From NCBI RefSeq assembly GCF_902713615.1, contig NC_052162.1:114880742-114944741 (forward strand): 64,000 bases of DNA, in the 5' to 3' direction. The position numbers were made by a program, and so were the translations under genes. Position 1 is the first letter of the stretch; each line of letters opens with the position of its first letter. The notes under the pieces were generated by a model. That model saw nothing but the letters and a program-made list of their open reading frames with translations, was not told where the DNA came from and did no database searches. Positions 45,068 through 58,080 of this stretch are shown piece after piece. Source of the stretch: Scyliorhinus canicula. Taxonomy: Eukaryota.

Positions 45068-45277
45068 TGTTGACAGCTGCTGTTGTATAAAGAGTCAAAG
45101 ATTCTGTTCCTTTTCACCAACACCTTTATTTCACTTTAACAGACTGTACAAAACTCTATCAGCATATCACCTGACACAAAGGCCACCTGAAACCCCTTTA
45201 CATATCAATGTCAATTATTGGATACTTAACATAAATGAGATAACTAATTGGAATGTCTCTTAACCCATTTCTTAACA
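45068..45277 (-). mobile_element. Probable short solo LTR (Gypsy-type)
   Basis: TGTT...AACA termini, minus-strand AATAAA; TSD not clean. Confidence 0.5.
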
Positions 45278-45286
45278 TCCTGGAAC

Positions 45287-46890
45287 GACTTCCAGTGGAG
45301 GGCATGAGTTTACTGGCCGCACACAAGGTGGCTCCTGCTTGGAAGCTTGGGTTTTGGCCCTTTCTGCCTGGTTAATGGGGACTTAATTTGTAAAACGTGC
45401 AGAATAGGTGGAGGGAGTTGGTTTCTCCTCCAAAGTGGAATATCAGCAGGTTACAACACCCGGCAAAAGTCGAGTAAAGCCTTGGCTTGAGATGGAGGAT
45501 GTGTGGTGCAGCAACTGAGAGTTTGGCGGAGTTGGAGGGTGTTTCGGCAGCATTGGAAACAGATGCAAGACGACTGGTCCAGGGCGATTGAGGAAGCAGC
45601 AGCCCCTCTTCGTGGGACTTTGGAGCGGGTGGAGAAGCGCCTGGAGTCACAAGGTGCGATGATCTGAGAGGGGAAAGGACGATGTTGGATCCCAGTGATC
45701 AGATCGTGTTGCTGGAGGCAGAGATGGTGATGCTGGGAGAGGCCTGCAAGGTGCTGAGGGCAAAGGTGGACGACCAGGAGAATCAGTCCAGGCGACAGGA
45801 TCTGTGAATTATAGGCCTGAGGAACGAGTGCCACGGGCTATGTATTGAAAATGTTCACGAAGCAGGTTGAGGAGGGGGTCTTCGATAAGGCCCCGGAGGT
45901 GGATCGGGCCCCCTGATCATTACAACGGAGGCTGAGAGCTGGGGAGCTGCCGTGGGCAGTGATCGGCCGGATGCACAACTTCCAGGAGAAGGAGCGGATT
46001 CTGAGATGGGTGAAGTTGACGGGAGACTAGCTGGGAGGGAATCTGATCCGGATCTACCAGGACATTGGGGCCGACCTGGCCAAATGGCAGGCGGGTTTTA
46101 ACAGGGCCCAGGCGGCGCTCTTTCGGCCAAGGTCCGGTTCGGGGTGTTGTCCCCGGACAAACTCTGGGTGAATTTCACAAGGGCAAAGGACATTATTTTA
46201 CGATGCCAGAGGAAGCGGATGACTTGGTCAAGGAACTTGGGTTTGGGAGGACAAATGGTAGGATCTGTTCTGTCTCGATGTGTAATATACCAGTTTTGTA
46301 AATGTGTTGTTTTTTGCATTTGTGACTCGGTCTCGTATGGGTGGGTTCTTCCCTGAGGTTGAGGACAGATGTGAGAAGTACAGGAGGGGGCCTGTCAATC
46401 ATGTTCACATGTTTTGGGTGTGCCCGAAGTTGGGGGATTCTGGCCATTGATTTCCGAGACCCTGCCGGAATTGTGGGGGTGACGATGACGCCATGCCCTT
46501 TGGTGGGGCTTTCTGGTGTTTCCGATCTGCCAGAGCTGCTGGAGGGGAAAGGAGGTCTTCACCACTCTGATTGCCCGGCGGCGAATCTCACTGGGTTGGG
46601 GGTCGGTCGCCCCACCGAAGGTATCGGCATGGTTGGGGGATTTGGCGGAATTTCTACAGTTGGAAAAGACTCGATGTGTGAAGAGGGTTCTGGATAAGAT
46701 GGAGGGTTTTTCTGTCTCCACGTGAGGATCTGTTTGGAGCCGGGGGGGGGGGGGGGGGGGGAGGGGATGTTGGGGTAGTTTAGGGAAGGGAAAGGGGAAA
46801 ATGACAAACTGTTTGAAAGCCAATGTGATTTGGTGTTGTTTGTTTGTATTATTGATTGCGTTTGGAATAAAATCTATATTTTAAAAACTC
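45287..46890 (+). mobile_element. Internally deleted L1 (5' end + decayed ORF1 + ORF2 C-terminus + 3' UTR)
   Basis: Starts GACTTCCAGT; ORF1 motifs ENQSRRQDL, IRIYQDIG; jumps to RCEKYRRGPVNHVHMFW at ~46365; poly-G, AATAAA at 46866. Confidence 0.75.
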
Positions 46891-47084
46891 GAACTAAAAG
46901 TCTAATGATCTTGTCGATTGTTGGAAAAAAACCCCCATTTGGTTTACTAATTCCCTTTAGGGAAGGAAATCTGCCTCCTTACCTGGTCTGGACAACATGT
47001 GACTCCAGATCCACAGCAATGTGGTTGACTCTGAAATGGCCCAGCACAAAGCTGTAAGAATCCGCAAGGATGTTTATTCCATAG

Positions 47085-50000
47085 AATGGAATTCTACAGC
47101 ACAGAAGGGGACCATTCGGCCCTTCGAGTCTGCACTGACCTACCAAGAGCAGCTACTTAGGTCCACTCCCCTGCCCTATTCCCATAATCCCACCTAACCT
47201 ATACATCTTTGGACTGTGGGAGGACACCGGAGCAATGGAGGAAACCCATGCAGACATGGGGAGAATGTGCAAACTCCAACCAGATAGTCACCCAAGGCTG
47301 GAATTGAACCTGGGTCCCTGGCACTGTGAGGCAGGAATGATATTATGAATGAAACCGCACTATTTTTGTACCAAACAGCAAAATCAGCTTGCAATAGCAG
47401 AGTTAAATGATCCAACAACCAATGGATCAGATCTGAGCTCTGCAGTCCTGCAAGTAACTTTGAGCCATACAAATGCCAGGCTGTTAAACTGTTCAAGGAC
47501 TTGATTGAGCCACTTGCTGTACCTGCAAACTAACTTATTGTGATTCCTGTAAACGGACACCCAGATCCCTCTGTACCTCATCGTTCTGCAATCTCTCACC
47601 ATTTAAATAATATAGTTTTATTTAATCCTTCCTGCCAGAGTGGGCAATTCACATTTTCCCACGTTATCCTCCATCTGTCAAATTTTGCCCACTCACTTAA
47701 CGTCCTTTGCAGACTTGTTATGTCCACTTCACAAATTACTTTCCGAACTATCTTTGCGCCATGAGAAAATTTAGCCGCGATACATTCAATCACATCGCCC
47801 AAGGGGCTGTTTAGCACAGGGCTAATGCGCTGGCTTTGAAAGCAGACCAAGCAGGCCAGCAGCACGGTTCGATTCCCGTAACAGCCTCCCCGAACAGGGG
47901 CCCGAATATGGCGACTAGGGGCTTTTCACATTAACTTCATTTGAAGCCTACTCGTGTCAATAAGCGATTTTCATTTCATTTCAACTCATTAATATAAATT
48001 GTAAATAGTTGAGGGCCCAGCACTGATCCTTGTGACATTCCACTTGTCACATCTTACCAACCCAGAAATGACCCATTTATACGTACTCTCAGCTTCCTGT
48101 TAGCTAACCGATCCTCTATCCCTGCTGATATGTTAACCTCCCACACCATGAGCTCCTATTATGTGTAATAACCTTTGATGTGGTCCCTTGGAAAATGCCT
48201 TCTGGAAATCTAGATAAACCACATTTCCAGGTTTCCCTTTATTGACATTCCTTGTTACCTCCTCAAAGAGCCTGGATAAATTAGTTCATCCCTGAATCTC
48301 ATTTTCAAACATTGTGTGTCAAATGAAAAAGTCTCCTCCACCCCTCTGGCTCCTTTGCTAATTACTTTAGAGGGGCTCACTCTCTGTTAAAGAGCCTGCC
48401 AACCCCTCTCACCCACTTTCCCCAAAGTGAATGAATTTAAGCAGAAAAAGACAAAAAAAACCAAATATTTTTAATGAAACAAGTTTATTAATGAAGCAGA
48501 ACATGGGTTAAAAAAAATCAGAAACTGACTTGAGGATCAAAGACAACCAGAGTAAAAGAATAACCAGAATAAAAACATATTCACCATGTTCGAGACCCAA
48601 ATGCTTCTCTTCAGCTCCCCTGTACCCTGCTCCCGTGACTCCCCACATTGGACACAGGGGCACTGAACCTGGGGATCACGTCCCCATCAGCCCCAGTTAC
48701 CCCACCGCCGAACCCTGATTGGTTGTGGAACCATTTTCCAGTTAGTCCTCCAGCACCTCCCTGTCTCTTTATTAGCGTCACACCCGTGGCAATTTCCCAA
48801 CTGGAGCGCAGGTCCCAGCTAAATTCAGCCCCCAGCTCTGTCGCCTGGCTGTCATTGACACGAGCAATAGAGACAGAAAGGTGCCTGAGGCTCAAATGGG
48901 AAGTCAGAACTTATGGATTATGATCTCTATAAAGATCAGTAACTAATATTAGAAAATCAAATTCCCAGTCAACAAATTGAAGGATCACATGACAAGACTT
49001 TTTTATGACTTTTGCTGCAACAATAAAATAGAAACAACATTAACTAAACACTATTTTTGAAGGAAACCTACACGTTAAAGTATAAAATATAACTTTTCCC
49101 TTTTACACAATCTAAAATCCCACTCCACAATTATTCTCTACTCTACCCTGGAAGTCGAAACTTAATTGTGTCAGAACCTGTCCAACGTGATTATTCATTC
49201 CAGAAGTTTCTGTTTTCTTTTCCCAATCTGCAGGCTTTAACCCCGGAACTGTCTTTCACAGTGAATGATTGATGAGCTACCAGAAAACCGAGAGTAGACA
49301 TAAATAGGTCATTTTCTGGTTGGCAAGATGTAATGAGCGATGTGTCACAGGGATCAGTGCTGGGACCTCAACCTTTAAAATTTATATCAATGACTTGGAT
49401 GACGGGACTGACGGTCTGATCGTTACGTTTGCTAATACTGCGGGCAAAAAGGAAAAGGAGGCGGTGCTGCGCCGATAACTAGGATGGCGTCAGTACGTAA
49501 GGGAGGATCTCAGATCAGGAATACAAAATGTGGAAACTGTTTGGGTGGAGCTAAGAAACAGCAGAGGGCAGCAAACATTGGTAAGAGTTGTTTACAGACT
49601 ACCAAACAGTAGCTGCCGTGTGTGGACTGTAAAAGCTTCTATAGGTACGTAAAAAGGAAACATTTGGCTAAGACAAACGTGGGTCCATTACAGGGAGAGA
49701 CAGGAGAATTTATAGTAGTGGGAATAGAGAAATGGCAGAGTATCGCCATTTTTAAAATTAAATTTAGAGTACCCAATTATTTTTCCCAATTAAGGGGCAA
49801 TTTAGTGTGGTCAATCCACCTACCCTGCACATCTTTGGGTTGATGGGGTGAGACCCACGCAGACACACGGAGAATGTGCAAACTCCACATGGACAGTGAC
49901 CTGGGGCCAGGATCGAACCTGGGTCCTCAGCGCCGTAGGCAGCAGGGCTAACCACTGCAGCACCAGTATATTACCTCCCATCCCATGTGCTTTCATTTTG

Positions 50001-50480
50001 CTGACTAACCTCCTGTGGGGTGTTTATCAAAGAACATCCTGAAACTCCAAGTGTACCAAGTCCACGGACTCCCCTTCATCAATTCTGTTAATGACATCCT
50101 CAAAAACTCCGAAAGGTTCGTCAAACATGATTTCCTATTCCTAAATCCATGTTAACTATGCTGAGTTTGCTCTCATATTCTAATTTCTCTTTATCAGTGT
50201 CTTGGTCCTCCTTTGCTGAATTCGAAACAAGTTCTTAATCCTCAGGCTTACTACACTCTTACCCACTTTCTGAACCTTTTCCTTTGAACTAATGGGAATC
50301 TTAAACTTTTCTTGCCATGGTTCCATCACGGTTCCTGTTGGATTTTTGTTTCTAAAGGAATTTATATTTGATGTAAATATGTAATAACATTGTAAATGCT
50401 AGCAATTGTCTATCTATTGTCACACTTTTTATTGTAAGTTCCCAATCTGCTACAGACAATTTACCCCTCATACCTTGACA
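47085..50480. mobile_element. CR1 fragments, SINEs (47085-47335, 47800-47985, 49755-49965) and unclassified repeat
   Basis: CR1 RT motifs (KFSHGAKIVR, QGSVLGP, YINDLD) and SINE heads. Confidence 0.7.
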
Positions 50481-50831
50481 GTTGCCTTCTGTGAGAAACA
50501 CCCAAAACATTAAACAAAATAACCATATAACCACCATAGCCCATCTTCATGGCAATGTGGCATCCTTTGGGGAGTTCCAAACAGAAATGGGAACAAAATA
50601 TCTTCCAACGTCCAAATACCCTAACACTCTGGTCCTCGTGAAACTTGGAACCAGGTATTCACAACAAAGCTCAAAGAACATCAGCCCACAGGAGGCAAAG
50701 TCGTGAGACCGGCCAGTCCAGCAGAAATAAACCCTCCCACCATCCCCATTGACCAATTGACAGAATGAACACCGTGCAGTCCTGGCTGTAATTAAGAGCA
50801 GAAATATTAACAACAGAATCCAACCCCTTGT

Positions 50832-51758
50832 TCACTTGTGAACTTGTTGATGTCTCAGCAGGTGCGATGAAACACAAAATCCCTTCCCACATTGAGAGCA
50901 GATGAAAGGCCTCTCCCCAGAGTGAACTCGTTGGTGGCTCCGTAGGTGGGCTGGATGACTGAATCCCTTCCCACACTGAGAGCAGGAGAATGGCTTCTCC
51001 CCAGTGTGAACTCGCTGGTGTTTCTGCAGGGTGGATAACAGAGTGAATCCTTTCCCACAGTCTGAGCAGGTGAGTGGCCTCTCCACAGTGTGAAAACGCT
51101 GGTGTGCCAGCAGGCCAGATAATTGAGTATATCCCTTCCCACAATCAGAGCATGTGAATGGCCTCTCCCCAGTGTGAACCCGCTGGTGTGTCTGCAGGGT
51201 GGATAACCGAGAGAATCCCTTGCCACAGTCAGAGCAGGTGAATGGCCTCTCACCAGTGTGAACTTGCTGGTGTCTCTGAAGGGTAGATAACTGAGAGAAT
51301 CCCTTCCCACAGTCAGAGCAGGTGAACGGCCTCTCCCCAGTGTGAACTCTCTGGTGAGAGGTCAGTTCTCGAGAGCTTTTGAAGCCACTCCCACAGTCAG
51401 AGCAATTAAAGGGTCTCTCATTGGTGTGAGTGACACTGTGTCTCCGCAGGTTAGATAAGTGAGAAAATCCCTTTCCACACTGAGAGCAGGTGAACGGCCT
51501 CTCCCCTGTGTGAATTCGTTGGTGGGATATTAGTTCTTGAGAGCTTTTGAAGCCACTCCCACAGTCAGAGCATTTAAAGGGTCTCTCATTGGTGTGAGTG
51601 AAATTGTGTCTCTGCAGGTGAAATAACTGAGTGAATCCCTTCCCACACACGGAGCAGGTGAACGGCCTCTCCCCGGTGTGACTGTGTCGATGGGTTTCAA
51701 GCACAGATGGGAACCTAAATCCCTTCCCACAGTCCCCACATTTCCACCGTTTCTCCAT
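50832..51758 (-). CDS. C2H2 zinc-finger protein ZNF-5, 11 fingers
   Basis: ORF 50832-51794; aacATGG at 51758 ([10 protein letters not shown]); acceptor 51922, donor 54381. Confidence 0.9.
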   Translation of the reverse strand: MEKRWKCGDCGKGFRFPSVLETHRHSHTGERPFTCSVCGKGFTQLFHLQRHNFTHTNERPFKCSDCGSGFKSSQELISHQRIHTGERPFTCSQCGKGFSHLSNLRRHSVTHTNERPFNCSDCGSGFKSSRELTSHQRVHTGERPFTCSDCGKGFSQLSTLQRHQQVHTGERPFTCSDCGKGFSRLSTLQTHQRVHTGERPFTCSDCGKGYTQLSGLLAHQRFHTVERPLTCSDCGKGFTLLSTLQKHQRVHTGEKPFSCSQCGKGFSHPAHLRSHQRVHSGERPFICSQCGKGFCVSSHLLRHQQVHK

Positions 51759-52457
51759 GTTGCTGGTGTCCTTGTGTCTCTCCAAGTCGGACAATCAGTT
51801 AAAGTCTCACACAGGATACGGGAACTTTCTCTCTCCGCTGTGAACGGTGTGATGTTTTTTCAGGCTGTGTAACTGGTTAAAGCTCTTTCCACAGTCAGTT
51901 CACGGGAACACTTCTAATATGCTGTAAATTGAGTTCACAGAAATCATCATGTCAGTATAGGATAGAAATTCAGAACAGACAATTGTAGTTTCTCTGGAAC
52001 ATTTTTTCCCCTCTCATTCCCCAAAGCTGTAAATCTCCATCCCACACACTCTCCCTCCATTCTCACTCTGCTGTATCTAAGATTCACCCTCCCAATTCTC
52101 CTGAAGGTGCTGATTCAGGCTGATTGACAGATCCCTGTTCACTGCTTCCTGTCCTGGACACAGAGACTGAAAATCTCCATGCAGCTGCCAGACAGATATA
52201 TGTCTATGTTACTGGACTAAACATGTTTTAATGTTTCCGATTGTTCCAGTTAGTTAAGATACAGGGGGTTGTGACTGATCATGTTCTTGAACTTGCTGCC
52301 TATGAGGGGAGTCAAGCAGAGATGATTAATAATTTCTAAATGAAATTGGATGGGTACTGCAGGGTTACAGAATGGGACCCACTCAAGACTGACAATTGCT
52401 CAAGGAGTTGGCCTCAATGCAAAATGTCCAATGGTCTCCTTCTCTTCTGTTATAAAT

Positions 52458-52685
52458 TTTTGTTTTTTTAAATTTAGAATACCCAATCCATTTTTTCAAA
52501 TTAAGCGGAAATTTAGCGTGTTCAATCCACCTACCCTGCACACCTTTGGGTTGTGGGGGTGAAACCCACGCAAACATGGGGAGAACGTGCAAACTCCACA
52601 CGGACAGTGACCCAGAGCCAGGATCGAACCTGGGACCTCGGCTCCATGAGGCTGCAGTGTTAATCACTGCATCACCGTGCTGCCC
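52458..52685 (-). mobile_element. V-SINE short form with 15-bp TSD
   Basis: TCTTCTGTTATAAAT at 52443-52457 and 52686-52700. Confidence 0.9.
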
Positions 52686-52859
52686 TCTTCTGTTATAAAT
52701 CTGACTGGAAATATATAACGTAGCTACAGTACTAGACAAGAATAATTAATGTACTTTATTTCATAACTATCAGTAATATATCTAATCTGTAGCATATAAC
52801 ACACGGTGAGACAAGTGGTTTGCACTACTGCCTCACAGCATGAGGGAGCTGCACCAGCC

Positions 52860-54320
52860 ATCAAGCACATATGAATTCCAATCACTTGGTCCAGAGCCTT
52901 TTATGCTATGGCCTATCAAGTGCTCAGCTCAATGCTTCTTCAATGTTGTGAGAGTTCCCGCCTCTGCCACACTTTCAGGCAGTGAGTTCCAGATTCCCAC
53001 TACCCTCTGGGTGAAAATGTTTTTCCTCAAAACCTCATTAAATCCCCTGCCCCTTACCTTGAATTTCTGCCCACTGTTTACTGACCTGTCAACTAAGGGG
53101 AAAGCTTTCTTCCCATCTACTCTATCTATGGCCTTCATAAACCTGTGCTACTGTGCCCCCACACCACATATCCCCTCAGCCTCCTCTGCTCCCAGGAAAC
53201 ACCTAACCAGGGTCTCTTCACGCTGAAACGCCCAGGCAACATGCTTATGAATCTCCTCTGCATCCTCTCCAGTGCAATCACATCCTTCCTCTAGCGTGGC
53301 AACCAGAACCGCACTCAGTACTCCAGCTATGACTTAACAAGTGTTTTATACAGCTCCATTGTAACCTCAGTGCTCTTAAATTCTATACTTCAGCTGATAA
53401 AAGTATCTCATATCCCATCTTCACCACCTTATCTACCTTCCCTTCTAACTTCAGGGATCTATGGACAGGCACATGAAGGTCCCCCTGACCCTCTGTACTT
53501 TCTAGGGTCCTACCATTCATTGTATATTCACTTGCTTTTTCATCCTCACAAAATGCATTGCCTACTTTTCAGGATTAAATTCCATTTGCCACTGTTCTGT
53601 CTATATAACCTTTAATCTTTCCTCCTCACTACTTATCATACAACCACGTTTTGTATCATCTGCAAACTTACTTGATCATACCTCCTCTATTCACATCCAG
53701 ATCATTAATTTACACTACAAGCAGCAAAGGACCCAGCACTGATCCACGTGGAACACCACTGGACACGGGCTTCCAGTCACAAAAACAACGTTCAACCATC
53801 ACCCTCTGCTTCCTGCTACAATGTCAATTCTAGATCCAATTTGCCAATTGCTGTGGATCCCATGGGCTCTTACCTCATTGACCAGTCTCCCATGTGAGTC
53901 CTTGTCAAATGCTTCACTGAAGTCCCTGTAGTCTACATGAACTGTACTACCGTTAGCTACACACTGAGACAGCTCCTGAAAAAACTCAAGTCAAATTTGT
54001 GACACATGACCTCCCCTGACAAAACCATGCTGATTATCCTTCATCAATCCTTATCTCACCAAGTGAAGATCAATTCTGGTCCGCAGAATTTTTTTCAGAA
54101 GTTTCCCTACCACTGAGGTTAGGCTCACTGGCTTGAAATTTCGGTTTTTTCCCTACTTCATTTCCTGAATAATGGAACCAGATTATCTGTCCTCCAGTCC
54201 TCCAGCGCCGCCGCTCCTGTGACCAGAGAAGATTTGAAAATTGTCAGAGCCTCTGCAATCTCCTCCCCTGCCTTCCACAGCAGCCTGGGATATATCTCAT
54301 CTGGACCTGGGGTTTTAAAC
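52860..54320 (-). mobile_element. CR1 LINE fragment in the ZNF-5 intron
   Basis: RKNIFTQRVVGIWNSLP; RT-region motifs. Confidence 0.8.
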
Positions 54321-54381
54321 AATTGAAGGTCAGAATGAGTAAAGAAATGGGAACGGGGAGAAAATAAAATGTTTTACTCAC

Positions 54382-54932
54382 AGATGTTGGGGACAGGAGG
54401 AAGTTTGAGTCTGTGTGAAGCTCAATCTTCACTCCGAGACAGAAGCAGCAGCTTTGCTGGGCAGAGAGTGGAGGAAGCTCCGGCAACCGGGAGATTGTTC
54501 TCAATGGGAGACCGTGCTGGGAAGTCTTTGTGACGTCCAATGACGACGTGCCTGAATCATCCAATAACAATTAGTCTACTGCACCCTGATGTCTCCGAGT
54601 TCCAGTACGAAGGCCGGGCGCGGACACGGGAACCCCGCCCCCACCGATTGTGACCCCTCTTCCTGCACCTCCTCCAGACAAGGTTTCCTGGCAACCGGCT
54701 GATACTCCGGCCAGAGTGAGATCTCTCACTCCATCCCGGCCTGGGACTGCGCATGTCCAAGGGGAGGGGAAGTTGCAGAAGAGAACCCATCCCTTGAACT
54801 TCCTGCTGAGATGTTGACCAATGGGAATATGCTGACAACCGGAAGGACTTTGGTGTTCCAACCAATCGAAGCTTTGTGTTAATGAAGATTGAGCTTCACA
54901 CAGACGGACACGTCCTCCTGTCTTCAACATCT
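54382..54932. promoter_or_regulatory. Second bidirectional promoter (ZNF-5 on -, ZNF-6 on +)
   Basis: Exon-1 modules in both directions; X-box GTTTCCTGGCAAC at 54683, TGCGCATG, CCAAT 54818 - CCGGAAG - CCAAT 54862; donor GTGAGT at 54933. Confidence 0.75.
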
Positions 54933-55289
54933 GTGAGTTAAATACTTTCTTTTTTCCCCCTTTCCATTTATTTTCTCCTTTTGACCTTCAATTGGTCGCT
55001 TGCAGCAACTGAAGGAAAAGGAAGTGAATCCAGGGAGGGTGCAGACTCTGGAAAGGTTGGCACAGGCCTCTCTCTTTCTCAAGGGCATTGACATCCTTTG
55101 CTCCCTCAGCTTGACACATTTATTTGTCTGGCTAAAAGGATGGTCTCTTTCCCAATGTTCACAAGGGCCAGGTTTCCCCAGGAGATGGCTGACATTTAAG
55201 GAGACGGTAAATTAATATAGGACAGAAATATGTCTAGTGTTCTTATATGGTACAGATTAGATATATTATTTATGGTTCTGTAATATAGG

Positions 55290-58080
55290 AATTCAGAGCA
55301 GAAGAAGGCAATTCAGCCCCTCAAGCCTGCTCCGCCAATTAATCAGATCATGGCTGATTTCTTCCTGGTCCCAAATCCACCTCCCTACCTGTTCCCATAT
55401 CCCTTAAACAGGTTTTTAAAATCAGAAATATGTCTATCTCCTTTAAACCATTTAATGACTCAAACTCTACCTCACTAAGCGGCAGCGAGTTCCACAAATT
55501 CATCACCCTCTGTGAGAAGAAGGTCACAAAGAAGAAAGAAAAGTACAGCACAGGAACAGGCCCTTCGGCCCTCCAAGCCAAGCCAAGCACCGACCATGCT
55601 GCCTGTCTAACCTAAAACCTTCTACACTTCCGTATCTGTATCCCTCTATTCCTATGCTATTCATGTATTTGTGAAGATGCCCCTTAAACGTTACTTTCAT
55701 ACCTGCTTTCACCAGCAACTCCTCTGGCAGAGTTCCAGGCACCCACTACCCTCTATGTTAAAAAAAAAGGTTTCCCTCGCACATCTCCTCAAAACTTTGC
55801 CCCTCATGCCTTCAACCTATGTCCCCAAGTAATTGACTCTTCCACCCTGTGAAAAAGCTTCTGACTATCCACTCTGTCCATGCCCCTCATAAGTTTGTAG
55901 ACTTCTATTAGGTCACCCCTCAACCTTCATCGTTCCGGTGAGAACAAACCGCGTTTATCCAACCTCTCCTCATAGCTAATGCCCTCCATACCAGGTTACA
56001 TCCTGGTAAACCTCTTTTGTACCCTCTCCAAAGCCTCTACATCCTCTGGTCATGTGACAACCACAATTGAACACTATGTTCCAAGTTCGGCAACTAAGGT
56101 TCCATAAAGCTGCAACATGACTTGCCAATTTTTATACTCCATGCCCCGGCCGATGAAGAAAAGCATGCCGCATGCCTTCTTGACTACCTTATCCACCTGC
56201 GTTGCCACTTGCAGTGATCTGTGTACCTGTACACCCAAATCCTGCTGCCTGTCAATACTCTTTAAGTGTTCTCCCATTTACTGTACATTTCCCACCTGTA
56301 TTAGACCTTCCAAAATGCATTACCTCACATTTGTCTGGATTAAACTCAACCTGCCATTTCTCCACCCAAGTCTCCAACTGATCTATATCCTGCTGTAATC
56401 TCGAACATCACTATCTGCAATTCCACCAAACTTTGCGTCGTCCGCAAACTTACTCATTGGACCAGTTACATTTTCCTCCAAATCATTTAGAAACATCAAA
56501 GGCTTTGTGGAACACCACTAGTCACAGCCCTCCATTCAGAAAATCACCCTTCCAATGCTACCCTCCGTCTTCTATGATCGCGCCAGTTCTGTTCCCATCT
56601 TGCCAGCTCACCACCTGTAGCACTCTGACACGAGGGATCTTGTCAGAGGCCTTACTGAAGTCCATGTGGAAAACACCCACTGCCCTACTTTCATCAATCA
56701 TCTTTATCACTTCCTTGAAAAACTCAATCAAGTTAGTCAGACACGACCTCCCATTCACAAAACCATGCTGCCTCTCGCTAATACCTCCACTTGCTTCCAA
56801 ATGAGAGTAAATTCTGTATCAAAGAATCCTCTCCAATAATTTCCCTACCACTGGCGTAATTTCCTGGATTAATCTTGCTACCCTTCTTAAACAAAGGAAC
56901 AACATTAGCTATTCTCCGCCCCTCTGGGACCTCACCTGTAGGTAGTGAGGATACAAAAATTACAAAGATTGCATCTCAGTTCTAAATCTACCGCCTCTCA
57001 ACCCATATCTGTGACCTCTCGCTCTAGATTGCCCCACAAGGGGAAGCATTTGGTCTATGTTTACTTTATCAATCCCTTTTAGTATTTTATACACCTGGAT
57101 CAGATCCCCTCTCGTCCTTCTAAATGCCAGCGAGTACAAGTCCAAAATCTTTATTCTCTCCTCATACGTCAACCCTTTCATCCCCGAAATCAATCATGTG
57201 AACCTCCTCTGAACTGCCTCCAATGCCACCATATCCTTCCTCAAATAAGGAGACCAAAACAGGACACAATACTCCAGATGTGGTCTCACCAACACCCTAT
57301 TCAATTCCAACAACACTTCTCTACTTTTATACTCCAGTCCTTTTGCAATAAACGCTAACATTCCATCTGCCTTTTTAATTACTGGCGTAATTTCCTGGAT
57401 TAATCTTGCTACCTTTCTTAAACAAAGGAACACATTAGCTATTCTCCGCCCCTGCATATTGACTTTCTGCGATTCATGAAGAAAAACACCCAGATCCCTC
57501 TGCCCAAATGCATTTTGAATCTGCTTTCCATTTAGATAATAATTTGCTTTTCTATTTTTTTGACCAAAATGGACAACCTCACACTTATCCACATTAAACT
57601 CCATCTGCCAATGTTTGCCCCTATCTCCTAGCCTATCTATATCTGTCTGTAAAATCTTTATCTCCTCTTCACTGCACCCTGATTCTACATCAGCGGCAGC
57701 ACTTAGTCTCCAGAATGGAGAATGCAGCCCAGTATCTGCTTATTGACTTCATCAAAACACCTCCAGTGAATTCTCCACTGGTGGGATTTTCCATTGTGTC
57801 GGCAGCATATCCCGGCCCGCAGGCTTCCCGGCAGCCTGGGGTGTCTACAATGGGAAATCCCATTGGCCAGCACTGGGAATGGAGAGCTCTACTGCCGAGA
57901 AACACGCGACTGGGGAGGCGGAGAATTCACCCCCTCAGATACGAGCCGGAATTCTCAGGGATGGCTTCAATGGGAAATCCCAGAGACAAGCAGTGGGAAG
58001 AAAGAATCCCACTGCCCGTGAATGGCGCGCTGCCGAGGAACACGTGACTGGGGCACCGGAGCATCCAGCCCATTGAACAT
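55290..58080 (-). mobile_element. Nested CR1 LINE fragments plus MITE-like repeat in the ZNF-6 intron
   Basis: QHGFVNGRSCLTNL, FNVDKCEVVHFG, LVRPHLEYC. Confidence 0.85.
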
